This document shows positions 12,557 to 24,794 of a stretch of DNA of 64,000 nucleotides, piece by piece. Within the stretch, counting starts at the first letter, position 1, and every line of letters begins with the position of its first letter. The stretch spans positions 11,718,001 to 11,782,000 of the forward strand of contig CM060731.1 of the NCBI GenBank assembly GCA_030704615.1. Reading direction: 5' to 3'. The position numbers were made by a program, and so were the translations under genes. The stretch comes from Takakia lepidozioides (Eukaryota > Plantae > Bryophyta). The notes under the pieces were generated by a model. That model had not been told where the DNA came from and ran no database searches. It worked only from the letters and a program-made list of their open reading frames with translations.

Positions 12557-13899
12557 TCAAGTATCACAGTCATCAGAATCAGAATCGACATCCTGTGCTA
12601 TGTCATCCACAAAGATTCCGGCCCCAATACCACGTCTTCTATCACGGCCGTCGATGGTTGGACTGCGAGTGCCATGAACGGACATGCTTGTTGCGAGTGC
12701 CTCCGCATAGATGGGTAGCATGTAAGACTGAGTAGGACTTGAAAGAAGTCCAAAAATGTGTGATAGCCCTAGAGGGTCAGTGGAAGCACACGGACTCCTG
12801 CACAAGTCCAACAAAGAGGATGTCCTCCATGTGCACTTTGCCTTAAGAACAGTGATTCTGGGTATTGAAACAAGAATGCAAGCATCCACAGGTTGAACTT
12901 ACTCACAGACAAAGTCGGAGTCCAGCTCCTTGTCGGACGTCTCTCATGTATCAATATCACCGGGAAGGGGCTTCGGAAGAACTTAAGAAGTGTGTCCACC
13001 CAAACCCATCAAGAGGTTCTTGTAAATCTCGGCATCCCCTTCAATCCCGAAGAGATGTCGCGCACTGGCTTTGCAAGCGTGGTACGAAGCATCTGCAATG
13101 GAATAGAAAGAAGGAAACAGACATTGAAGACTCATTTGGAACGGTGGGAAGTGCTGAAAGTGCAAGCTCAAACAAACCCGATCAAATGTGAATGTTGAAG
13201 AAACGAACATGTGCCCATTGACAAATCCAGAACTTTGGCGTCGGTGTAGGTGCAGCATTCCACAATCGTTTGAATGAAAGTCGGGCTCCTCTCCCTGGCT
13301 CCTCTCCAAGGAACCTCATTCCCCCTTCGCAAGCACACGTTGTTGTCCACGTAGTTGTGGTGCATGTCATCTGTGGGAGGATCTGTCCTCTCGTCTATGA
13401 ACTTGCCCCCATGAGTGATGGTGAACTCCCTAATGACGGTTGGAGTCGTAGGTGGATGCACCCGGACGAGACAAATAGCTCCAAACAGACGAGTCTGCGA
13501 ACAGGACATCCACAAGGAACTAAGAAGCTTGAAAACTAGGCCCCTACATATTCATTTGAGCGACTAATGCAACTCCATCCGAGAACCACCAAGAAGAGGA
13601 ATAAGAAGGCAGATTTACCATCTCTCCCGGACGATCCCCCTTCGTCAGATACATGTTGTTCACACAATTCCATGTCTTCACGACCCTCATACCGGAGGCT
13701 TTCAAATAGCTGGCAAGTGCACGGCGACAACGAAGGTCAATGGACTGGATGATGCAGCACCAAAAGCAAAAGCCCAACCTGAACAAACACCTGCTGTAGG
13801 GACATCCGGGACTGGCAACCCATTAGGGATGTCCAAGATGATGAGTTCGGCTACATATGGCTTCTCCTTCCCGTTCACCCAGGATCTGGTCATTTTAGC
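12557..13899 (-). pseudogene. Degenerate beta-class N6-adenine/N4-cytosine DNA methyltransferase (N6_N4_Mtase-like) with spliceosomal introns; exon remnants 13899-13619 (frameshifted), 13494-13209, 13092-~12990, possible acidic tail to 12557
   Basis: Motif IV-like VAELIILDIPNG (13822-13833 DIPN, one base from DIPY), then PWRGARERSPTFIQTIVECCTYTDAKVLDLSMGT (motif X/I) and ASYHACKASARHLFGIEGDAEIY (post-motif I helix and motif II); GT-AG introns at 13495-13618 and 13093-13208. Confidence 0.72.
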
Positions 13900-13942
13900 C
13901 TGCAAACAAGCATGCAATGAAATGCTCAAGAGGATTGAAACG

Positions 13943-14990
13943 TGTCATGGTTTTAGTCATGGTTATCTAGAATTAACTACTTCTAGTTAACTAGGACATT
14001 TTAGATATTTATATTTATATTTTGTGTGTTGGGACTTCATTTGGTCTCACATGCCAAGTGAGGTGTCGAGCCTCACTTGAGACATGGAGATAGGTTTTCC
14101 CCTTGTGAGTGTTGAGGAGGCTCATCTTCTTGTAGTTGAGCCTCCATGAGCTTCTCTCACCTCCATAGCTCTAGGTATTGAGAGGGAGTGTGTTGAGGGC
14201 TTTGTAGGGTGGATTCCTTTAGCAAAGGTGCCATTGGCTTGACTTAGTTTATGTGATAGAGTGGATTTCACTTGGAATGACAAGGGCTTGTTCTTCATGT
14301 GATTGTTTCATGCTTTGAGAGCTTTCATTGTCTTCTACTTCTCTCATTTCTCATCTCTTATCACTACAAGAAGATCACCTTATGCTTGTGAGTGCGGGTT
14401 GTAAGGATTAGTTTTGCACTTGTATTTTAAAGAGGTTGAGAGCTAGGAGAATTTAGCTCTTGTATCACAAGACTTGCAAGGGGTTGCAAGGAAAGGTGCT
14501 CGAGTATTGCATGCACCAAAGAGTTGGAGAGCTTGAGAAGAAAGCTCTTGAGTCACAAGATTTTACAAGGATTGTAAGGAGGAAGTCTTGTGTGTGTGGA
14601 AGCATGGATTCTAGGGTTTGAGAATCCTTTGTATGCATTCTGGAGTCGATGGTGTGCGCCATGGCTTGTGGAGAGTGACTAAAGGCTTGTTAGTGCTCAT
14701 TTCACTATCAAGCTAGGGTTAAGCAAGTTCAAAGTGTGGATGTTGTGGAAGAGAAGCCAAGGAGCTATATATGCTTGGGCTTGAAGACAACAAGGGCAAG
14801 CACTTGGAGAGCACTAAGAAGCTCAAGAGGTTTTGAAAGGGAGCATGTGAAGAAATCTTCCAATCATGGTGGTGTGGAGCCAAGCTTAGGGTGCCATTGG
14901 AAAGGCTTGGAGAACATGTGGTGGGAAATCCTTGAAGGGAAATCATCATTCAATGTATGCATAGCTTCACCCTAACTATGTAATGTGACA
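13943..14990. mobile_element. Putative LTR of a retrotransposon inserted just upstream of the methyltransferase remnant
   Basis: Begins TGTCA and ends TGACA (TG..CA inverted termini); non-coding with strong G/T skew; no TSD, PBS or correctly oriented PPT recognised, so orientation and ends are uncertain. Confidence 0.45.
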
Positions 14991-15674
14991 AGAGGGGGAG
15001 GCAATACTTGACTATTCATGCTCTTGGTAGTGCGAGCTTTGTGGTGGATAGTTGACCAAGCAAGTGGTGCATGTGTGGAGCATGCTCGCTTGAGTTTGTA
15101 AGTTCAAGTTTGAGAAGATGAGCTCTTGAACTAGCAAGAGGTGAAGGCCTTTGAGATCCATTTGTGTGTGAAGTGGAGAGGTGTTGATTCATGTTATGAT
15201 GAAGGAGAACAACACATAGGCCAAGAGGTCATGAAACATGCATTCAAATGACCACGGGGAGCACATGGATGATGGATTGGTGTAAGACCCCAAATGAGGC
15301 ATATGGCGTGAGAGTGGGATCCAAGGCGGATTGCTGGGGAGCATTATTGTAAGTGACAAGCATTGCTCCTACACATTGAGATAATTTGTGTTGATTTGGA
15401 GCAATTGTCAAGTGATGAGGAGACAAATGCATGATTGCTCGGCAATGGAGATATGGTAGTTTGCAATCAAATCCCAAAGACTAGAAGGGGGATTGATTTG
15501 GTGGACAATGACTTGCAAGTTGAGTTGGACCACTCTTGGTTGCACATTGGGGTGGAAGAGAGCAAGAAGATGCCTCTTATGACCACCTAGAGACCATATT
15601 TTTGCTTGAGTAGAAGCATAGAAGTCAAGGACTTGCATTCTAGCTCTTCATTACAAACCCTAGTAGTGTATGCT

Positions 15675-16066
15675 CAGACTATACCTCTGTTAGTATACCA
15701 AACAGGAGCTTGTCCCTTTGATTATACCTCTGTTGAGGTATCACCATATGTGAACCCTAATGTGAGACTATACCTCTGCTAGTATACCAAACAGGAGCTT
15801 GTCCATTTTACTATACCTCTATTGAGGTATCACCATATGTGAACCCTAATCAGTTCAGACTATACCTCTGTTAGTATACCAAACATGAGCTTGTCCCTTT
15901 TACTATACCTCTGTTGAGGTATCACCATATGTGGACCCTAATCAGCTCAGACTATACCTCTGTTAGTATACCAAACAGAACCCTCATTTTCAGACTATAC
16001 CTCTGTAAAGGTATCATCAACATAAGGGACCCTAGCAACCTCAGACTATACCTCTGTTAAGGTATC
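15675..16066. repeat. Tandem repeat with ~90-bp unit (about 4.5 copies), each made of two TATACCTCTGTT subunits
   Basis: CAGACTATACCTCTGTTAGTATACCAAACAGGAGCTTGTCCCTTT..TATACCTCTGTTGAGGTATCACCATATGTGAACCCTAAT repeated at ~15675, 15765, 15856 and 15947, decaying afterwards. Confidence 0.92.
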
Positions 16067-16094
16067 AACAGTGAAAGGACTTAGTGAAATTTAA

Positions 16095-16210
16095 GGGCCT
16101 TTGGAGGATTGTTTGGAAGATATTTGAGGGCCCTTGGAGGAGTATTTGGAGGATCTTTGGGGTCCTTGGAGGAGTGTTTGGAGGATCTTTGGGGTCCTTG
16201 GAGGACCCTT
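16095..16210. repeat. 33-bp minisatellite (TTGGAGGATCTTTGGGGTCCTTGGAGGAGT(A/G)T), probably retrotransposon internal region
   Basis: Direct repeats visible; explains the spurious repetitive ORFs at 16065-16532. Confidence 0.8.
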
Positions 16211-17892
16211 CGAGGAGCTTTGGTGGATAATGTTGAAGAGCTCTTGAAGGATTGATTGAGGGATATTGAAGGATACTTGCCACGGCCATACAAGCGAGTG
16301 GATAGAGACAGGAGGGAGAGTGGTGGGATGAGAGCATTCTGGGGTTAGGAATTGCTTTAGTTTCTCTTCTCCATAGTCTTTCACCCTCTCTGTAGGCTAA
16401 AACCTTTCCGTAGGTGGAGGCAAGAGTCAGTCCGGGTTTGGGCTGGGGTGTCCTTGCAGGAGCGACACTGTGGAGTGTTTTTGGTGTGGGGGAGTTGTTG
16501 TCTTGATTTTCTTGTGTTTGGATCCCCTCCACACCTGCATGCTTGACTGTGCGTCATGTTAGCTTTGTGTGGGCGCTTGTTTTCATAGGAGGTTGGTCCA
16601 GATTTGATCACCGGCCAATCCTAGAGTATGATGTCGGTGGTGAGGCTGGAGTGATGACCAGCAAGACCACCAGTGTTTCTTCTATGGTGAGGTTGGGTTG
16701 ATGACCAGCAGACCATAGGAGTGCTTGCGGTGGATGCAGGTGCAGGTACAAGTCTACGTTAGAAACCTATTATTCCTGCTTGAACCAGTAGCCGCAACAG
16801 GTTCTTTACCTGGTTACCTTGTAAAAAGTGGGGATTAGAGACAGGTTGACAACCGGTTGGGTTGTGAGTTTTCATCACGGAGGTGCCACCAGCTGCTGAG
16901 GGGAGTGTCGATACAAGCACCAGCGATACTAGTGGGTACACAAGACAAGGTGTGCGTTTTAGGCCACTTTCACCTTCAGTGTCTTCTGAGGAAGGTTCAG
17001 ACTCGGAGTCGGGAGGATTCTCACCGAGGGTGCAAGTCATTTCTGTGTCATTGTTGTGGGACATTGGTGCAAATAGTTCTAAGGTTCTCACTGATGTGCC
17101 AAAACTTCACGACTCAGTTCATCCTTTAATTGAACTTGGTGTTTATGCGCCTAATGTCAATGCTCTTGAGGACAATTTGACTCATGAAAACATTACTCCA
17201 GTGCAGTCCAGTGCAGAGGCGTGATCTTGGAAACCCTCGAAATATTGCAGGTAACATTGGAAGTACAAGTGGTGGCAAGGTTTGGCAGCCTGCCAACAGC
17301 AGTACAATTTCAGCTATGTTACACAGTCATGGAAAGGTGACAAAACCACCAACAAGTTCAGCACAACCTTGGCCACTAAAGAGCTTTTGTCTGCAAATGT
17401 ATATGCTCTTCATTCTTTCTGGTCACACATGAAAGCCTTGTTTGGCAAGACGCATGTGTAGAAGGCTCTGTGCAAGACCTGCATTTTTTAAGACGTCATC
17501 TATTGCAGCATCGTCATTCCATGCCACCTGGACCCACATTTCCACCCATTGCAAAAATTAAGCCCAGAACAACAAGCTAAGGCTTTTGTGCACATAGACA
17601 CACTCACACACCCCGCCGTCTATCTCGCATCAGTTTTTTCTCATAGCTATGACTGTGAGCTTCGCGTACTACGTGTTGCCAGGTTACCTCTTTCCAATGG
17701 TAACATACCTCTCATGGGTGTGCTAGGTGTGGCCATAGTCTGCAGTTACTGTTCAACAGATTGGATTAGGCCTTCATGGCCTGGGGGTGGGTACTGCTGT
17801 CAGCCTTGACTGGTTTGGTGTAGCAACATACCTGAGAAGTCCACTGGCGACCCCCTGGTTCTGATCATCTTCCACGATTTGCTAATCTTGTG

Positions 17893-18260
17893 ATGTCAAC
17901 TACATCCAATTATCACTTTGAAGCTCCACCATCTGCCAATCTTGGAGTTAATTTTAAAGGGTATATTGCTCCTGGTGCTTATATGTCTATCAAGCCAAGA
18001 ATGAAAAATGCTATTGTGAGTCCCAAACCTCATGGAAACCCCAGATTAATCAGTGTCGTCACGAATCCCAAGGCAAATAATGATGCTCCCTATTTAAATG
18101 GTGCTCATCCTTATCATGTACCGAATGGTATGGTCGTTCCTCATAATATAGTGTCTGCAAATGGGGGTGCTTCATTTTCAGTCCCAAGTGGTGGTACTCT
18201 TTATCAATGTGCCAAATAGTGATGCTACATATATCCACTGCCAAGTGGTGGTTGGTGCTC
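17893..18260 (+). pseudogene. First of two tandem paralogous Pro/Val/Gly-rich repeat ORFs, apparently frameshifted
   Basis: Aligns with 18416-18937 (APP..N, PRM..N.V.SP.PH.NP.LI.VV, VPNG/VPSGG repeats); repeats continue out of frame after the stop at 18219. Confidence 0.5.
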
Positions 18261-18415
18261 TATGGTACTATTGCGCTTGATGACCATCTCATGTCTAATC
18301 ATGAGAACAATACTCAAGTGCAGAGGTCCAATCTTGGAAATCCCATTGATAGCAGGGCAAGTTCAAATGGTGGCACCGGATTCTACCTCCTCATTCAAGA
18401 TCTGATAATCTTGTG

Positions 18416-18937
18416 ATGCCTACATCTCATCAACTTCGTCGTTCTGTTCAAGCTCCACCATTTGTCAATTTCAGAAGGTACTCTCATATTGCTCATTCAC
18501 ATCCAAGAATGGATCAGAACGTTGTTATGAGTCCTAGACCTCATGTGAACCCCAAATTAATCAATGTCGTGTATCCCAAACCCAATATTTGTGCTCCGTG
18601 TCCAGTGTCAAATGGGGATGTTCCATTTCTAGTGCCAAATGATGATGTTCATTATTCAGTGCCAAGTGGTGGAGTTCCCTATCCAGTGCCAAATGGTGGT
18701 GTTCTCTGTCCAGTGCCAAGTAGGGGTGCTCAATTTCTTCTTGTGCCAAGTTGTGTTGTTCATCCTTATCCAGTGCCAACTGGTCATGGTGTTCATTTTC
18801 CTGTGCCAAATTGTGTTGCTCCTCAGGCCGTGCGCCCCCGCTCCAGTAAGATCTCAATAATTAGATTTAATATGAATTTTCTTTTGAGAAAGATAGTGAG
18901 TTTTGGGATAATCACCATAATTGGGGTCTCAAGCTAG
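18416..18937 (+). CDS. Hypothetical Pro/Val/Gly-rich protein with ~10-aa PVP(S/N)GG repeats and a hydrophobic C-terminus
   Basis: Open ORF with ~30-bp repeats (CCAGTGCCAAATGGTGGTGTT); C-terminal KIVSFGIITIIGVSS. Confidence 0.4.
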   Translation: MPTSHQLRRSVQAPPFVNFRRYSHIAHSHPRMDQNVVMSPRPHVNPKLINVVYPKPNICAPCPVSNGDVPFLVPNDDVHYSVPSGGVPYPVPNGGVLCPVPSRGAQFLLVPSCVVHPYPVPTGHGVHFPVPNCVAPQAVRPRSSKISIIRFNMNFLLRKIVSFGIITIIGVSS

Positions 18938-19016
18938 ATGCTAGTAGGTACGAAGTTCTCACGGATACTGATCACAATATTTTGAAGAATGAAGGTGTTG
19001 TGGAGAAGGGAGTTGT

Positions 19017-19701
19017 GGGTGATTGCAGCCTACAGTGTCCATTTTTTGCTGTCACGGCACTGTTTTTTCCAGACATAGAATAGTGGTAAATTATCATATT
19101 CCTACATGACAATGCTATCAATAAAAAAGGACTCAAATATAAAGGTTCATCTACATATTCTTTCACACTTTTAAATCTCATTATCAAAAACCAGAATCTA
19201 TAGATGCTATGGACTTTTAAAAAGTCCATAAAGAATTGTCACAGTCCATTAATAAAGACGTTATGGACTTTTTTACTATAGAAGTTAGAACAAAGTCAAG
19301 AAAATGGACTCTCTCAAACTTGCTTTGAAATGAGGAATCTGGAATGAAAACTATCATTCAAAAATATGAAGTTAAGAAAAATTATATACTATTTTGAGCC
19401 TCAAAAATAGCTATTTTCATAAAGTCTTTTATGAATAAATTCTTTTGAAATAACAAAACTTCTTTCATTAGACACACTCATTCACCATAAATGCATAGTT
19501 GAGTATAATCAAATTTCAAAAAACAAATTGTGAATTGAAACTATCGCAATTTAAAAATCTTGGTTTAACAGTCAATAATAGACGGTCAAGATTGTCAGTT
19601 GAAGCAAATCCGATGGTTGAAGATTCGCCACATCCTCCTTTATCTACTCTTTATGTACTCATGATCTGCCACTTTTGGTCCACTCTAGCTTGCAATCACT
19701 C
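19017..19701. mobile_element. Non-autonomous TIR element (MITE), copy 1
   Basis: TIRs GGGTGATTGCA / TGCAATCACTC; flanking 4-bp TTGT duplication; reverse-complement homolog at 61873-62562. Confidence 0.88.
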
Positions 19702-21236
19702 TTGTGGAGAAAGAAATTCATGGTCATGTTAGTGAACCTACAGAGTCTATGAAAGTTTCCTCTGCAACTACATGTAACTCTGGTCCACATCATGGTTCAC
19801 CTACAGCTAGTCCATATCCTAAGTTTGTTGTGTCCAAGAGCACATTCAATTTTTACAACACTGATGTAAATCAATTGAAGCAGATTCTTGGATTGGCGCA
19901 GTAGGGTTCTTGACTCCAAATTATTGATTGGAGATTCATAGGACACGTACATATTGTTCAAGGCTATATATACATGTAGTTGTAGCAAATTTTGATAGAG
20001 ACAATACACTCATACATTCATAGGGGCTCTTGTGGAGATTACCACTACTTCCCATTTTGATACCACATACCAATGACAAATGTGTGACACTATGGGAATT
20101 TTGAAATACATTGTGTACAGCTCATTTTCAAATATAGATCTGGTGTTCTTGAATTCATATCAGTTGATATTATGATGCATTAGTGTTGCATCATGGTGTT
20201 GTGCTATGAATCTGATCAGTATATGCTTGATGGTGTATGACTTTCCTGTTTATCTTTATGTATCTATTTGTTGTATCGAGATTTCTGCTGACAATCTCAT
20301 GTGTATATATCTGGTCTATACATTACCTGAGATAGGAGAGGGGGAGAGAAGATTCGCTGACACATGGTAACCATTCTACCAACCAACCTGAACCAAAATC
20401 ACACATTCCTGTAGACAATTAGCGAGTAATTTCTCTTTTGAGCTTCATTTGGTATGATTAATCTTGCATCAGTGCAAATTCTATCTTAAAGGCACCTACG
20501 TACGGAGTGGTGGGTAGGAAAAGCAAAAGAAGGCAGGAAAATACTCAAAATAGCATCCCCTGCTCTTGGCGAATGGGAGGGTGCCACGGCGGCGAGCAAC
20601 CCCTCCTTGACGACTATGGCACCTTATTCCCACTCTACACGAAAACTAATCTCCAACTTTCTGTCCTCACTAGAATTTAAGAGTGAATCCAGGTAAGAGG
20701 GGGGTGGCGAGGATTTGACGGAGGGCCTATCGGACATTTCCCGAATCCGTCAAAAGTACTACACCGTCAGATTGCAAGCGTGCATTAAGTGCTTACATTA
20801 TTCCTATTGTTTTCCCTGGTTAACAACTTCACTATCAATGCCCCCAGATCTTCCCTTGCACATCTCTTTCAGGATTTTAAAGGAAAGAGAAATCCTTGTT
20901 GTGGTCTGTTCCAGTACCTGTATCCGTTACTTACAAGAATATACAGAAAAGGTGCCTTTAGTGGAATATACTTCTGGGGGATGCTCGGTAGCAGTATAGA
21001 TACGTACACTTCGTTCACCGAATGTTCCTCAACGTCGTCCAAGTGACGGACGAACGAAAGTGGAACGAAGATGTAGTTCCAGAGTTGGCGGTCGACTGAC
21101 GAAGGAACAGTGAACGATCGCTGGATGGGATATCGCCATTGGGTTTGTTGGAGACGAAAAAAAAACCAAAGAGTGTGATGAAGCTACAGTGAGAAGAGGG
21201 AGGGAGAGAGAGAGAGATTGAGAGAGAGAAGAAAGG

Positions 21237-24200
21237 ATGGTGAAATCCATGGGGGTGGGGGTGGTGCCGTCGTGTCCGTGCTGCACAACAGCCTGCACGA
21301 GCTCAGCAAGCAGCACATCCAGTGCTCGTGGTGTGCAAGCATTGAGACAGTACCAGCTGTTATGGGTTCGTCGCTCCCCTTTGTCTATGCATTTAGGACG
21401 CTGCTCGGTAGAGCCCACCGCGGAACTGCCTGCACCAGCCATGATTCGATTGAGTATGTGATTTATTCCTTCCTCTTTGCATTTTTTTTCCCCCTTCTTG
21501 TGGGTGAGGATTGCTTGCGGGTAGCATTGTGAGGCCAAGTTCACTCTGTTACAGCTCGTGTTTGTAAGGGAGAAGAGACACGATGTGAAGAGCTGTTGAA
21601 ATATTGAGTGGTTTTCTCTTAGGTGGTTAGTATCGAAGGATTCGGAGGAGAAGCTGTAATTTTGAGTGATTGGAAATGGCGTCTGAAAGTTGACAATTAT
21701 TTGTTGAGGTTATAAAGCAGTGAGGTGACTAGGCACCAATGCAGTGCTTCCAGGATCACTAGGGTGTCAGTGTTCGTTGAACAAAAAAGGAGAAGATGCA
21801 GTAGGAGGGACAAAATGTTTTTCAACTCGGGAGTCCGTATTGCCCTGCCGTTTGTCAGAGAAGCAGTAATATATAGGTGTCGGGACGCTGTTTCACTAAT
21901 TGCAGGCTTTGTGAAAATGCTCATTGAAAGCTAGTTAGGGTGTAATGGGCTCTCTTCTTATCGATGTGGCCAGCTAAGGTAGTATCCCTGCAGAGATAAG
22001 AGGTTTGGAGGTTTGATTAGAGCTTGAGGCACCTGTCACCCTATGGGCTTTCTCCACTTTTCTCATGTGGTAGAATGGAAGGACATGGCTCTCTACCTGC
22101 CACCCAGGAATTGGTTGGATGTCGATGGGAGGTGAGAGAAAGTGATATAGCAATGTCAACCAATATATAGCTACCAATGGCAAGGGAGAAGGTGAACTCG
22201 GGGATCTGCCACCCACCCCTGTTCTTTAATTTAATAACTGGATTTTCTTTTGCTGAAACCATTTTGAGGTTGTTTCTGTGTGAAAAAGTGCAAATCTGGT
22301 CAGATGTGTATTCCCTCCAAATTAGGGTTATTATATCCTCGCAAGTTATATATGGCCACCTGATTTGTATCAAATTCTGCCTGTTTCATTTTAAGATCTA
22401 CCAGCTTCTATAGTTAGAGCCAAGTGTCCATTGGCCCCATGTTGGTAATCTACCCAGCTGTGGGAGCATGTCGTTGTGACATTAAGGGCTTCTCAGCTCC
22501 ATGGTATGAATAGGCCAACTACCATGGCTGATCACTCTAAAAGTGGTGCAGGAGGTGGTAGCTTCAACCTTTGCAGCATATACAGGTTTACTTGCATTTT
22601 CTACTCAAATTCCACCCTGTTTTGTTTCTGTGTCACCTTGCTTAGACACTGGGTGTGACAAACCATGCCGCCTAAGGCATGGAAGCGGAAGAATTGCAGT
22701 GGATGCTGTCCCCAACAGCCTGGCAGAACTTAGCCCGGATTTGGGAGAAGGGCAGGAACAGACTGTAGCGGAGGATGCTGACGTCAGTTCCATTGATGAA
22801 TGGGAACTTGATTTTTGTTCACGGCCGATACTGGATGAGCGGGGCAAGAAGGTTTGGGAGCTTGTGGTCTGTGACAGCAAGCGGCAGATACAGTTCACAA
22901 AGTTTTTCCCCAATAATGTTATCAACAGTGTCACATTGCGGGATACCTTGTTGTATATTCTTCAGACTCTTGAGGTGCCCAAACCACAAAAAATTCGGTT
23001 TTTCCGGTAAGCTTTCAATGTCTTTCCAAAGAAAATTTTTTATAATATTCACAGCCTGAGGCCCAATGTGGCAAAGTGGGCCAACAGGAGATGGTGTGTG
23101 AGAGAGAGAGAGCCAGACTTCTGCTGGCAACTGGAAGCAAGTTTATGCCAGGCCTCTTCACAAGTGGGTTTGCAGGGATGCAGCACTGTGCAGTGTGGTT
23201 TCTCTGAGGGATATATCACTTGTGAGCCAGTAAGAGTCATTATCATTATTTGCTTTGTAAGCTGTAATGATGACCAAAAGAAGTGTGGACCTCATGGTGG
23301 CAGGTCGCAAATGCAGACCATAATATCAAAGGCTTGTAAAGAGCTTGACATCCAGCCTGTGCCAAGCCAAAGGGTATCTCTCTTTCCCATCCCGTGTCTT
23401 CTCCAGCAGCATCGCCACAATTTGCATTTGTGCCGGGGATATTCCAGAGGATCTTGACAAACAATTAAATGACCTTTGCCTCTCAGCTGGGATGTCTGTA
23501 CGAATCATGGATCCTCATAACCGTATTGGAACCTCCTGCATCAATTGCTCCTTAAAAGATTTAGGGTCGACCCTTTGTCCATCATCAGTTCATGCATGGG
23601 TCTGCCACACTATTTCATGTATTTGCACTTCAGGAGTTAGCTATAACTGGCGCACATTCATTGGGCTACAGTGTATAACATTGGTGAGATGGCTGGAGGA
23701 ACGATATGAGACAGTGTATCGCAAACATCCAGGCTTCCAGGAAGGTGCCACCCCTCTCTTGTTGCAGGAACAAGTTCTCCCGCTGGATTTGCCTGACACT
23801 TTACGTGGCGAACAGTGGACGTTTGTCCAGCTCCCATTCTCAGGTCTGTAAAATTCCATCTCATGGTTCTTTCAAGGGGATCTTTGATTCTATTTCTTGT
23901 GCCCAACTAGAACACTTGAAAAAGTGGCATGTACTCATGGACTGTTACACAGTGTGTATTGAGCAAGCTCAGGTGGCTACTATGCTGGACCCCATGTGGT
24001 GGAATGGAGAATGGATGGTGATCTAACATTTGTGGCAATTTTACTGTTGACCGATTCTTGTAGGAAACCACTTGTTGCAATGCAGTCATGCAATCTTGGT
24101 GGAGGGGTGGACCTACAGGTGTTTTGGAGGAGATGGCAGCAGTAGAGAAAGGTGCTGTCTTTGGGAGCGTGTTGGGGTTGGATACGTTGGGGCTAGAGCT

Positions 24201-24794
24201 ATCACCCGATGTCATGATTCCAGGAGTTGCCGTTGCATCGTCCCGTGCTACCCCATTGGCAGGTTAGCATTGAATTGAAAATTTCCTAAGTGGTAGGTGC
24301 ATTTCTTCTGAGCAGCACGCTCTCACAGTGGTTTATGGGATTTGGACAGCCTGGACCAATGCATTGGAGCTCGCTTCACTTGAGGTCGACATGCAGCGTG
24401 CTTGCCTTGTTCTTTCCACTGGCGTTGCAGATAGGTGAGTTTTATTTCAAAGACCATTGGCTACATGCATAAGCATGTACAAATGATGCTCATCGTTCAG
24501 GATTTTCCAGAGAGGCATGGTGTGCACTTTTTGGGCATTTGCGTAAGTAGATATTACTGGAACACTCAGGTGGCACAGTTGTTGGGAGTGTCGGTTCTGA
24601 CTAAAAGCATACTGGACAGGTGGCGGTACGCTTTTTACCGAAAAAGTCGGCAGGCTGATCTGGAGGGTGAGGCCTGGGAAGCTGCCAAGAAAGCGTGTGG
24701 GGGTCTTCATTTTTTGGCTGTTCAACAGTCCCTGGACTCAGAATTGTGCACGGGTTTTTGGCTTCTGATTGATGTACCACGGCCTCCCGTCTAG
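21237..24794 (+). CDS. TAB2: Chloroplast RNA-binding protein TAB2 (DUF1092); exons 21237-21453, 22646-23006, 23304-23373, 23672-23843, 24119-24262, 24350-24434, 24620-24794
   Basis: EWELDFCSRPILDERGKKVWELVVCD...FFPNNVINSVTL...KIRFFRSQMQTII...WLEERYETVY...LRGEQWTFVQLPFS...IPGVAVASSRATPLAAW...WEAAKKACGGLHFLAVQ...CTGFWLL; GT-AG phases consistent. Confidence 0.95.

Noticed and set aside
15675-16066. CRISPR-like array
   Set aside because: The sequences between repeats are themselves conserved (no unique spacers), the context is eukaryotic and there are no cas genes
16065-16532. Repetitive Pro/Lys-rich ORFs
   Set aside because: Open in several frames only because of the 33-bp minisatellite
16759-17224. 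Ser-rich ORFs as a gag-like gene
   Set aside because: No recognisable gag, zinc-knuckle or protease motif
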